From positions 15,205 to 79,204 of the forward strand of contig SUUI01000006.1 of NCBI GenBank assembly GCA_015062605.1: a stretch of 64,000 nucleotides of DNA, written 5' to 3'. Below the pieces are notes generated by a model. It was not told where the DNA came from, did no database searches, and saw only the letters and a program-made list of their open reading frames with translations. Shown piece after piece: positions 19,018-27,400 of this stretch (its first letter is position 1; every line of letters starts with the position of its first letter). The position numbers were made by a program, and so were the translations under genes. The stretch comes from Eggerthellaceae bacterium. Lineage in GTDB: Bacteria > Actinomycetota > Coriobacteriia > Coriobacteriales > Eggerthellaceae.

Positions 19018-21498
19018 TTATGGGTTACCGCCTGAGTTGTCTCCGGGCGTGTCCCCTCCTGGCGTGTCGCCGCCGGGCGTATCACCTCCAGGCGTGTCAC
19101 CGCCTGGTGTATCACCACCTGGTGTGTCGCCTCCGGGCGTATCACCGCCTCCAGGCGTGTCGCCGCCTTGTGCCTGCTCTTCAGCCTTCTTCTTGGCCTC
19201 TTCCTCGGCCTTCTTCTTGGCCTCTTCCTCGGCCTTCTTCTTCTCTTCCTCTTCCTTCTTCTTCTCTTCCTCTTCTTCCTTCGTGGAGGAGTTCAGGCCC
19301 TTGATGTCAAGGTCGGTATTAGAGAAGGTGCGCCAGTAGTTGGGATATCCGGCTTCAGGGAAGTCGCGCGATTCGGAATCGGCAAGGGCGGCACTCACGA
19401 AATCGGAGAACACATCGGCGACGGTGCCTGAACACGAGACGCGATTAGTACGGTCTCCCATCCAGACCGCTACGGAAAGCTGCGGAGTGATGCCGCAGAA
19501 CCACAGGTTAAGGTAATTCTCGGACGTGCCCGTCTTACCCGCCGCAATCTGATCGATATCCAAAGCAGCCGCGGAACCCGTTCCGTGATAGGAATAGATG
19601 ACGCCCTCCATGATCTCGGTCGCTGCATGGGCTATCTCGGGCTCTAAGGCCTTCTCGCCCTTGGGGCTCGTATTGTCGATGATGACATTGCCCTTGCGGT
19701 CGTACGCGATCTCGACAACCTCGGCTTTATAATGCGTACCGCCGTTGGCGATGGTCGCATAGGCATCGGCCATCTCGAGAGGCGTGACGCCGCTCGTGCC
19801 TAAGGTAAGGGACGGTACTTCGGCGAGGTCGGATTTGATACCCATGCGATGGGCGACCTCGGCTACCTTATCGGCACCGAGCACCCAGATAAGGCGTGAG
19901 AAGCCCGTGTTCGAGGACACTTCGAACGCACCCTGCATGGTTTGCGTGCCGTAGTTGATCTTGTCATAGTTGTAAATCTTGTTGTCGTAGCCGGGCAGCT
20001 GCACCATCGATCCGCAATCGATCGGCGTCTGAGGGCTGATACCGCCTTCGAGCGCCGCGATCAACGTGAAGGTCTTGAACGAAGAGCCTGCTTGGCGCTG
20101 CGCTTGGGCAGCAAGGTTCCATTGGTCTTCGTAATAGTCCTTGCCACCAACCATGGCCTTCACATAACCGTTGGAGGGATCGACTGCCACGATGGCAACC
20201 TCGAGTGAGTCGTTGACCCGATCCTCCTTGTTGGCAGCGGCTTCTTCGGCTTTTTCCTGCATGTCGACATCGAGCGTGGTGTAAACGGTCATGCCTCCTT
20301 GGAACACATCCGCCGTCGACAGGCCATAATCGCTCGTTAAGGTCTCGCGCACATAGCTTGCGAAATAAGGGTACTCGACGATGCCGTCGTTAGACTCCCA
20401 CGTGACATTCAGTTCGATGGGCTCCTGTTTGGCTGCTTCAGCTTCCTCTTGCGTGATGGCGCCATATGAGACCATGCGGTTGAGCACGATGTTTCGGCGA
20501 TCGAGCGCATGGTCGGGGAAATCGATGGGATTGTTATATGTCGGCGATTGCGGGATGCCTACCAAAAGCGCCGCCTCGGCTAAGGTAAGCTCTTTCGAGC
20601 TCTTCCCGAAATAGCGCCTCGAGGCAGCTTCGATGCCGTAAGCACCGTTGCCATAATTGATGGTATTGATGTAAAGGAGCAGAATCTCATCTTTAGAGAA
20701 CATGCGCTCCATCTGGATGGCGAGGAACGCCTCGCGTACCTTGCGCTTGAGCGTAACCTCCGACATCTCATCGGCAAGGATCGTATTGCGCACGAGCTGT
20801 TGCGTGATGGTCGATGCTCCCTCGAGCGTTCCGCCCGTCATGTTGTTTATCACCGCACGCGCAATGCCGATCGGATCGACGCCGATGTGCAAATAGAAGC
20901 GTTCGTCTTCTGTGGCGACCGTTCCCACGGTGGCATAATTGCCGACCTCTTCGAGCGAATTCAGCGGAATGCGGTACTCGAATTGGAATCGTGCGAGTAA
21001 GGTCTCATGATCGCTTGCATACACCATGGTCGGCTGAATCGTGTTGTATGCGGATGCGTCATCGTACTCGGGCAGGTCTTGGAGCCAATAGACGCATACC
21101 GCGCCAATGCCGACGCAAGCTACGATGAACACGCCTAAGATGCAGGTGAGGATCTTCTTTATGATGCTTGCGGACTTGAACCACTCCGGAAAGCTTCTGC
21201 GTTGGCGTTTTGCCTTCGGCTCGGCAGCATCCTCGGTGGCTTCGGGATCATCGGAATCGAGGGTTGCGAGGATATCATCCTGATCAAGCTCGGCTTCTGA
21301 GAACTCCTCCCCATCGAATTCGTCCTCTATGGGCACATCTTCGTCGGTTTGAAGCTCATCGGATGCAACAGCGCCATGACGAGGTTTTTTAACCGCGTCT
21401 TCAGGATCGCCGAACATCTCATCGAGCACATCTTCATTAAGATCAAGCTCGTCGTCGATCCAATCCTCTTCAGATCCGTGCTTTGCATGAAAAGCCAT
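19018..21498 (-). CDS. class A penicillin-binding protein, a paralogue of 14907..17054, with an acidic cytoplasmic N-terminal extension and the same charged-helix plus (GGDTP)n tail
   Basis: An 826-aa ORF. The GT51 motif is ATEDERFYLHIGVD and the transpeptidase motifs are SSFK and KTGT. The tail is KEEEEEKKKEEEEKKKAEEEAKKKAEEEAKKKAEEQAQ followed by (GGDTP)8. Confidence 0.9.
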   Translation of the reverse strand: MAFHAKHGSEEDWIDDELDLNEDVLDEMFGDPEDAVKKPRHGAVASDELQTDEDVPIEDEFDGEEFSEAELDQDDILATLDSDDPEATEDAAEPKAKRQRRSFPEWFKSASIIKKILTCILGVFIVACVGIGAVCVYWLQDLPEYDDASAYNTIQPTMVYASDHETLLARFQFEYRIPLNSLEEVGNYATVGTVATEDERFYLHIGVDPIGIARAVINNMTGGTLEGASTITQQLVRNTILADEMSEVTLKRKVREAFLAIQMERMFSKDEILLLYINTINYGNGAYGIEAASRRYFGKSSKELTLAEAALLVGIPQSPTYNNPIDFPDHALDRRNIVLNRMVSYGAITQEEAEAAKQEPIELNVTWESNDGIVEYPYFASYVRETLTSDYGLSTADVFQGGMTVYTTLDVDMQEKAEEAAANKEDRVNDSLEVAIVAVDPSNGYVKAMVGGKDYYEDQWNLAAQAQRQAGSSFKTFTLIAALEGGISPQTPIDCGSMVQLPGYDNKIYNYDKINYGTQTMQGAFEVSSNTGFSRLIWVLGADKVAEVAHRMGIKSDLAEVPSLTLGTSGVTPLEMADAYATIANGGTHYKAEVVEIAYDRKGNVIIDNTSPKGEKALEPEIAHAATEIMEGVIYSYHGTGSAAALDIDQIAAGKTGTSENYLNLWFCGITPQLSVAVWMGDRTNRVSCSGTVADVFSDFVSAALADSESRDFPEAGYPNYWRTFSNTDLDIKGLNSSTKEEEEEKKKEEEEKKKAEEEAKKKAEEEAKKKAEEQAQGGDTPGGGDTPGGDTPGGDTPGGDTPGGDTPGGDTPGGDTPGDNSGGNP
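19036..19166 (-). repeat. in-frame 15-nt tandem repeat coding (GGDTP)n, about 8 units; inverted relative to 16929..17045
   Basis: Read directly on the plus strand as (ggcgtgtcNccNcc)n. It shares runs such as ggtggtgatacaccagg with the other PBP tail on the opposite strand. Confidence 0.9.
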
Positions 21499-21560
21499 GC
21501 ATTGGCCCCCTTTTGACTTGCATGGAAACCATTATACGTCAAGCACCTTCAGTCCATAAT

Positions 21561-21585
21561 AAAACCGCACTGTGCATACGCGCAG
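21561..21585 (-). terminator. weak candidate intrinsic terminator downstream of argH
   Basis: The minus strand reads CUGCGC-(9 nt)-GUGCGG followed by UUUUAUUAU. The stem is 6 bp and includes two G-U pairs. Confidence 0.3.
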
Positions 21586-21607
21586 ATGAATGACGCTCCA
21601 CATAGCC

Positions 21608-23020
21608 TTACAGAACGCTTGCTGCAAGCTCGTCTAGCGCGGTTTCGTCGGCGGCAAGCGCCACGAGCGCGCTATCGAGTTGTTCGGCGACCGCAACGTG
21701 GCCCGTTCCTCCGAAGGTCGTCCGTGCCCGGACGATGCTTTCGATATCGAGCGCGCCGGCGATATCGTCCTCGAACAGCTCGCTTTCTGCCCTGAAATCC
21801 TCAAGCGAAAGGTCGGATAGGTCGCAGGCGCGCTGCTCGCACAGAAGCACGAGGTGACCAACCACCTCATGCGCCTGGCGGAACGGCATGCCCTTCTTGG
21901 CCAGGTAATCAGCCACGTCCGTCGCGGCAAGATAGCCCTTACACGCCGCTTCGAACATGGCTTCTTCATGGATCTCCATCGAAGCGATCATGCCGGCAGC
22001 GCAGACAAGGCAATCCTCAAGCGTCTTTGCGGCGTCGATCGCACCTTCCTTGTCCTCCTGCAAATCCTTGTTGTATGCAAGCGGCAGGGATTTCATGGTG
22101 ACGAGAAGCGCGACCAGATCCCCCACAACGCGACCGGTCTTGCCGCGGATGAGCTCCGCGAAATCAGGGTTCTTCTTCTGCGGCATGATCGATGAGCCCG
22201 TTGAGAAAGCATCCGATAAGGTGATGAAACCGAACTCGGTCGTCGACCACAGGATAAGCTCCTCGCACAGGCGCGATAAGTGCATGCACGACACGCTGCA
22301 CGCATACAGAAGATCGAGCAAGAAGTCGCGATCGGATACCGCATCGAGAGAATTCTGAATGACCGAGGCGAAGCCAAGGCTTTCGGCTGTGGCGAACCTA
22401 TCAAGCGGATACGTCGTCCCAGCGAGCGCAGCAGCGCCAAGCGGACAGGCGTCGGCAGCGAAGTACGCAGCGCTGATCCTCTCGAAATCGCGCGTCAGCA
22501 TCCATACGTATGCAAGCAGATGATGCGAGAAGAGCACGGGCTGGGCATGCTGCATATGCGTGTAACCTGGCAAGATCACGTCGAAATGCTCTTGCGCCTG
22601 CTCGATGAGCACACGCCTCAGCTCGATATTCGCATGCATCAGATCGACGCAACGCTTCTTCGCGAACAGCCGTGTGTCAGTGACGACTTGGTCGTTCCTG
22701 CTGCGGCCCGTATGGAGCCTGGCTCCCGCATCGCCGATCTCTTCCGTCAAGACCGACTCGACGGACATATGGATATCCTCATTGTTGATGTCGAACGGAA
22801 AATCCCCCGCCTCGATGCGCGCCTCGATGGAAGCGAGGCCTTTGTCGATGGCGGCTGCGTCATCCTTTGAGATGATGCCCTGCGCGGCGAGCATATGCGC
22901 ATGGGCGCGCGAGCCCGCGATATCCTGATGGTAAAGCGCCTTGTCCACAGGAAGCGATGCACCGAACTCTTGCGTGAACTCGCTTACATCCTCTTGGAAC
23001 CGGCCTGACCACAATGCCAT
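21608..23020 (-). CDS. argH: argininosuccinate lyase
   Basis: A 470-aa ORF, MALWSGRFQE...RLHTGRSRNDQV...GSSIMPQKKNPD, carrying fumarate-lyase family signatures. Confidence 0.95.
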   Translation of the reverse strand: MALWSGRFQEDVSEFTQEFGASLPVDKALYHQDIAGSRAHAHMLAAQGIISKDDAAAIDKGLASIEARIEAGDFPFDINNEDIHMSVESVLTEEIGDAGARLHTGRSRNDQVVTDTRLFAKKRCVDLMHANIELRRVLIEQAQEHFDVILPGYTHMQHAQPVLFSHHLLAYVWMLTRDFERISAAYFAADACPLGAAALAGTTYPLDRFATAESLGFASVIQNSLDAVSDRDFLLDLLYACSVSCMHLSRLCEELILWSTTEFGFITLSDAFSTGSSIMPQKKNPDFAELIRGKTGRVVGDLVALLVTMKSLPLAYNKDLQEDKEGAIDAAKTLEDCLVCAAGMIASMEIHEEAMFEAACKGYLAATDVADYLAKKGMPFRQAHEVVGHLVLLCEQRACDLSDLSLEDFRAESELFEDDIAGALDIESIVRARTTFGGTGHVAVAEQLDSALVALAADETALDELAASVL

Positions 23021-23035
23021 GTTTATCCTATCTCC

Positions 23036-23461
23036 TTATCCTTTGAACATCAGAATGGCCTGCTCGACCGAGCGTGCCGAATCGGGCGTATCCGCTACGA
23101 GCAGGATCGTATCGTCGCCTGCCACCGTCCCGAGCACGCCGGGAAGCTTCGCCTCATCGAGCGCGGCGCATACGCCGGCCGCACCGCCGACAGTCGCCTT
23201 GATGATGACGAGATTGCTCGCAGCATGCACCTCGACGACCAGATCGCTCACCAATCTGCGCAGGCGGATCTCCTCGGGAAGGGCATATCGGCCAGTACGT
23301 GACTTAACGAGGCCTAAATCGGCGATATCCCGAGAAATCGTAGCCTGTGTGCATTCGAAGCCCTGCTTCTTCAGCTGGTCGGCGAGCTCCTGCTGTGTGC
23401 GGATCACGTTCTCGCGGACGATTGTCCGAATTGCTTGATGACGCTCCTGACGCTTTGCCAT
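23036..23461 (-). CDS. argR: arginine repressor
   Basis: A 141-aa ORF with a winged-helix N-terminus (RHQAIRTIVRENVIRTQQELADQLKKQGFECTQATISRDIADLGLVK) and a C-terminal oligomerisation domain (GTVAGDDTILLV). Confidence 0.9.
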   Translation of the reverse strand: MAKRQERHQAIRTIVRENVIRTQQELADQLKKQGFECTQATISRDIADLGLVKSRTGRYALPEEIRLRRLVSDLVVEVHAASNLVIIKATVGGAAGVCAALDEAKLPGVLGTVAGDDTILLVADTPDSARSVEQAILMFKG

Positions 23462-23494
23462 ATCACGTCTCCTTATTCCATAAAATTAGTTAAA

Positions 23495-23512
23495 TATTCA
23501 CTTTTATGAATA
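23495..23512. promoter_or_regulatory. 18-bp AT-rich inverted repeat TATTCActtttaTGAATA upstream of argR; candidate ArgR operator (ARG-box half-sites)
   Basis: Seen directly 34-51 bp upstream of the argR start. It contains ATTCA and TGAAT, the conserved pentamers of ARG boxes, but in the junction arrangement. The flanking complementary half-sites are poor. Confidence 0.3.
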
Positions 23513-23587
23513 CTAACAGATAAAACATGCTTATAAATGGAAATAATTGCTTTTTAAAAGCAGAAATATGTACGCTGTTGCCCGTTA

Positions 23588-24571
23588 TCAGGTGAGCGGC
23601 GGCATCGGCTTCCATGTCGGGTCGTGCATGATCACTCGAGAATCCTTCCAGCCCTCGAACAGGCGCTCCGCTCCCGAACGAACGCACTTCTTATCGACGG
23701 CGAAGAGGCGGATGAATTCCTTGCAGAAGGTTAGGAAGGTGCCGAAGCCGAACGTGAAGCGGTTGAAATCGCCATGCTCCGCAAAATACCGCGCCATATA
23801 GCCGCGGTTGCGCATGATGTGGTAACGGTTCATGTCGGACGTGGAATTGAGCTGGCGAACACCGGCGATGTCCCAATTGTTGATGTTACGCGTACGACGC
23901 AGGATGAAGTCGGACACGACGACAGGCGTCGTGACCTTGCTCGCCAGATATCCGTAGATGGTATCGTCCCAATAGATGAAGAAGCGCGGATCAGGGATGC
24001 CGATCTTCTCCACGACCGAACGGGCGAAAAGCCCGCCTTCGAAGCACACGGTATTCATCACGCGATGGTCTGAAGTTTCGAAACCCTCGGGTGCAATCGG
24101 GTTCGGAATGCCCAAAGGAACGAGGAAATGGTACTGCCAGTAGAATGGCCCGCCATCGTAATCGTAGCGACGGCCTTGGATCACGTCGTAGCGATCCGTC
24201 CATTTGGAGAGCTTTTGGATGGCATCCGGCTCGACTGCGACATCATCGTCCATGAGCCAGAACCACTCGGCGCCCAAATCGAAGGCACGCTGAGTTCCTG
24301 CGGAGAAACCGCCTGCGCCGCCGCCGTTTACCGGTTGCGGGAAGTACACGAAGTAACGACGCTCGCCTTCCGCATCAAGTTCGGGTTCGCCCCAAATATC
24401 ACGAGCAATCTGCTCGTACTCATCGACTATGAAAGAAGTGAGCGGAGAATTTTCATTGTCAGCGATGATGATGCGCCACGGCGCGTCATCTAAGGAAACG
24501 AGGGAGTCGAACAAGGTCATAAGCAGCTCTTGGCGCTTAAAGGTCACTATGACGATCGCTAGCTTTTCCAT
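23588..24571 (-). CDS. family 2 glycosyltransferase
   Basis: A 327-aa ORF with MEKLAIVIVTFKRQELL...IIIADNENS...WLMDDDV motifs (GT-A fold, DxD). Confidence 0.8.
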   Translation of the reverse strand: MEKLAIVIVTFKRQELLMTLFDSLVSLDDAPWRIIIADNENSPLTSFIVDEYEQIARDIWGEPELDAEGERRYFVYFPQPVNGGGAGGFSAGTQRAFDLGAEWFWLMDDDVAVEPDAIQKLSKWTDRYDVIQGRRYDYDGGPFYWQYHFLVPLGIPNPIAPEGFETSDHRVMNTVCFEGGLFARSVVEKIGIPDPRFFIYWDDTIYGYLASKVTTPVVVSDFILRRTRNINNWDIAGVRQLNSTSDMNRYHIMRNRGYMARYFAEHGDFNRFTFGFGTFLTFCKEFIRLFAVDKKCVRSGAERLFEGWKDSRVIMHDPTWKPMPPLT

Positions 24572-24845
24572 GTGAATGCTTCCCCATCAAAAAACGCGCA
24601 CCCCACTGAGGTGCACCGAAAACCTCATTTGTAAGCTGCATCATTGTAGCACACGGAGCATATGCGCTATCCGTTCCCGCGAAACTTAACCACAATGCCA
24701 CGAATCTTCGTGATTCCTTGCGGCGAAAGATACGAATACTCATACGAATGACGCGACATATGCGATACAATGAATTGGTTTATGTGCTGAAGAGGTTTAC
24801 GTGCAAAACCAAAGCGTTACCGGAAGGGATGAAACATAACAAGCC

Positions 24846-26135
24846 GTGCATTGGCTCCAATACATTCTGCTGTTTATCATCGCGCTTGTCGTCACCGTGG
24901 CTACCATCCCCTTGGTGAAACGCCTCGCCGTACGCCTCGACGCCATCGATTACCCCGATAAGCGCCGCGTCAACACCAAGCCCATCCCCCGCTTAGGTGG
25001 TGTCTCCATCTACCTCGGCATACTCGCAAGCCTCATCGTATTCATGATCGGTGTCAAGTTCTTCGGGTGGAGCTCTCCACTCGAATTCAGGGACGCGCAA
25101 GGGCCCAATCTGCCGCTTGTCTTCTTGGGCATCACCACCATCTTCGGCGTAGGCGTCGTCGATGACATCTTCACTTTAAAGGCTATGCCCAAGTTCATCG
25201 CGCAAATCATTGCTGCGATCTTCGTAGTCGCAGGCGGGCTGCTCTTCGATGGGTTCACGAATCCCTTCTCCTATGGATACATCGATTTGGGAATCTTCGC
25301 CTACCCCATCACCGTGTTCTACCTTGTCGCATTCGCGAACATCATCAACTTAATCGATGGCCTTGATGGACTTGCCGCCGGCATCACGGCGATTACCGCG
25401 ATGACCATCTTCGTGTTCGCAATCGGGAAGAACGAAATCGAGGCGGCATTCATCTCGATCACGCTCATCGGCTCGTGCCTGGGATTCTTGCGGTACAACT
25501 TCAATCCCGCATCGATTTTCATGGGTGATTCCGGTGCTCTTCTTTTGGGATTCTTGCTTGGCGTCTCGTCTTTGTTCGCAGTCGCCAAATCCGCGCTCAT
25601 CGTCTCGCTTCTCGTACCGATCGTCACTGCGGGCGTTCCCATCATCGACACTGCGACCGCGATCATCCGACGCATGCGCGCTGGCGTCTCCATCGGCACG
25701 CCCGATAAGGGGCACATCCACCATCGCCTTTTGCAGTCGGGTTTCTCGCAGAGAACCACCGTGTTCATCATGTGGGGTTGGACGCTTGTTCTTGCCGTAT
25801 GCAGTATCTTCGTCACGCTGCTCGAACCTCCGGGAAACATCATCGCGATCGTCATCGCATTGGCGGTCACTGTGTTCGCGATATTCAAGCTGAAGCTTTT
25901 AGGTCCTGTGCTCACGCACCACTACAATCCGCGTACGCGTAAGGACGGCTCCAAAGAGCGCGAAGATGACGCGCACTCTTCCCGTGCAAAAAGCGGTGCC
26001 CGTAAAAGAAAGACTGCGAATCGAACGCCGAGAACGCGCTCTTCCGCATCCGCAAGAGACGCACGGTACACGCCATCGAACAGAAGCTCTTCAGCCAACA
26101 GAAGAAATGGCGGCACGCGCAACCGATCTGAGTAG
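24846..26135 (+). CDS. polyprenyl-phosphate N-acetylhexosamine-1-phosphate transferase (MraY/WecA/TagO family, GT4 superfamily) with an Arg/Ser-rich C-terminal tail
   Basis: A 429-aa ORF with a GTG start and multiple TMs. Motifs include IDYPDKRRVNTKPIPRLGG, NLIDGLDGLA and FMGDSG. The last 75 aa or so are a basic, low-complexity stretch. Confidence 0.85.
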   Translation: MHWLQYILLFIIALVVTVATIPLVKRLAVRLDAIDYPDKRRVNTKPIPRLGGVSIYLGILASLIVFMIGVKFFGWSSPLEFRDAQGPNLPLVFLGITTIFGVGVVDDIFTLKAMPKFIAQIIAAIFVVAGGLLFDGFTNPFSYGYIDLGIFAYPITVFYLVAFANIINLIDGLDGLAAGITAITAMTIFVFAIGKNEIEAAFISITLIGSCLGFLRYNFNPASIFMGDSGALLLGFLLGVSSLFAVAKSALIVSLLVPIVTAGVPIIDTATAIIRRMRAGVSIGTPDKGHIHHRLLQSGFSQRTTVFIMWGWTLVLAVCSIFVTLLEPPGNIIAIVIALAVTVFAIFKLKLLGPVLTHHYNPRTRKDGSKEREDDAHSSRAKSGARKRKTANRTPRTRSSASARDARYTPSNRSSSANRRNGGTRNRSE

Positions 26136-26173
26136 CGAACACGCATCCTAGATCTTCGAGAGGAACGTTAAAG

Positions 26174-27292
26174 ATGACCAAACGCAGCACTTCATCACTC
26201 TCCCATCGCTCGACCAAGGGTCTGAAGATCGCGATTCTTCTGCTCATCATCTTGTTCGTCGCAGAGGCGATAGGTGGATTTATCTACATCAACTCGAAAG
26301 CCGACAAGGTCGATGGCAACACATCGAGCCAAACGACCAACCCCGCCCCTGCCGATAAAACGAAGGGCGCTTCCTCAACCGATCGCATCGTCATGACCAT
26401 AAACGGCAGCCATGATACCTATGTCTTGCGTGGAGAGGAATATGTGGAGGGCTATTGCCATGCCGTCGACCTCGACGAAGGCGATATCACCTCAAGTATC
26501 GAGATTAAGGGAAGCGTGAACGCGGATAAGGCAGGCGACTACACGATCACCTACACCGCTACCAACTCGCAAAAGCAATCGGCGAGCTGCGAGCGAGTCG
26601 TGCATGTGGTGGATGATATGGCCACAAACACGGTCGGCGTGCCCGTGTTGATGTACCACTACGTATATACCGCGAACGACATGCCCGACGAGCTCGATGC
26701 GAACTTCATTGAGGATGTCGAGCTCGAGGAACAACTTTCGTATCTGACCTCTAACAATTACTACTATCCATCGTACCAGGAGCTCTCAGAATACATCGCA
26801 GGCCGCCATTCGCTTCCCGAGAAGAGCATCTTCCTCACATTCGATGACGGTGAAGGCGGATTTTTGGATTACGGCGTGCCCCTGCTTGAGAAATACAAGG
26901 TTTTCGCAACATCGTTCCTTGTAACATGGGATAACGCAGGTCCTTGCACCTCCCGCCCGAGCCCGTATATCACGTATCAGACGCACTCAGAAGATATGCA
27001 CCGCGGTGGCGGCAACATCGGGCATGGCGGTCGCATCAGCGCGATGAGCCAACAAGAGATCTACGACGACTTGAAGATGTCGACCGACAAGCTCGGAACC
27101 AAGGAAGCGTTCGCCTATCCGTTCGGCGATCATACCGATACGGCGAGCGCGGCCATCCGCGAGCTCGGGATTCTGTGCGCATTCACGACCGAATACGGAC
27201 TGGTCAACGTGGGCGATGACCCCACGGCCTTAACCCGCATCCGCGTGACCGGCGGCGCAGGCCTCGATCGTTATGTAGGCTCGCTTTCGTAA
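26174..27292 (+). CDS. membrane-anchored polysaccharide deacetylase (NodB/CE4-like) with an Ig-like domain
   Basis: A 372-aa ORF with an N-terminal TM, an Ig-like segment (DITSSIEIKGSVNADKAGDYTITYTATN), then VPVLMYHYV and the FLTFDDG motif. Confidence 0.75.
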   Translation: MTKRSTSSLSHRSTKGLKIAILLLIILFVAEAIGGFIYINSKADKVDGNTSSQTTNPAPADKTKGASSTDRIVMTINGSHDTYVLRGEEYVEGYCHAVDLDEGDITSSIEIKGSVNADKAGDYTITYTATNSQKQSASCERVVHVVDDMATNTVGVPVLMYHYVYTANDMPDELDANFIEDVELEEQLSYLTSNNYYYPSYQELSEYIAGRHSLPEKSIFLTFDDGEGGFLDYGVPLLEKYKVFATSFLVTWDNAGPCTSRPSPYITYQTHSEDMHRGGGNIGHGGRISAMSQQEIYDDLKMSTDKLGTKEAFAYPFGDHTDTASAAIRELGILCAFTTEYGLVNVGDDPTALTRIRVTGGAGLDRYVGSLS

Positions 27293-27327
27293 GACCGCCC
27301 AAGAGCGCAAAAACCATTATTCTAAAA

Positions 27328-27356
27328 AACGAGCGGCCCTTCTTGGACCGCTCGTT
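27328..27356. terminator. bidirectional intrinsic terminator between the deacetylase gene (+) and pheT (-)
   Basis: Stem aacgagcgg / ccgctcgtt with an 11-nt loop. It is followed by TTTTTT on the minus strand (strong for pheST) and by ttcgttcattt on the plus strand. Confidence 0.7.
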
Positions 27357-27400
27357 TCGTTCATTTCCCAACGCATCACGCTGGCTGATATGACACGCTT

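Noticed and set aside
16929-19166. Regular 15-nt direct repeats that superficially resemble a short repeat array
   Set aside because: The repeats are contiguous with no spacers, are in frame, and code GGDTP within the PBP genes. This is not a CRISPR array or a non-coding satellite.
23549-23561. A perfect AT-rich palindrome, GCTTTTTAAAAGC, downstream of the GT2 gene
   Set aside because: The stem would be 6 bp with only two G-C pairs and a 1-nt loop, which is too weak for a terminator. It may be a protein site, but nothing supports that.
24590-24625. A small hairpin (GCACC-N7-GGTGC) next to an A/T run in the divergent GT2/wecA intergenic region
   Set aside because: The stem is only 5 bp. On the minus strand it would sit upstream of the GT2 start with no gene to terminate. 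It is probably fortuitous.
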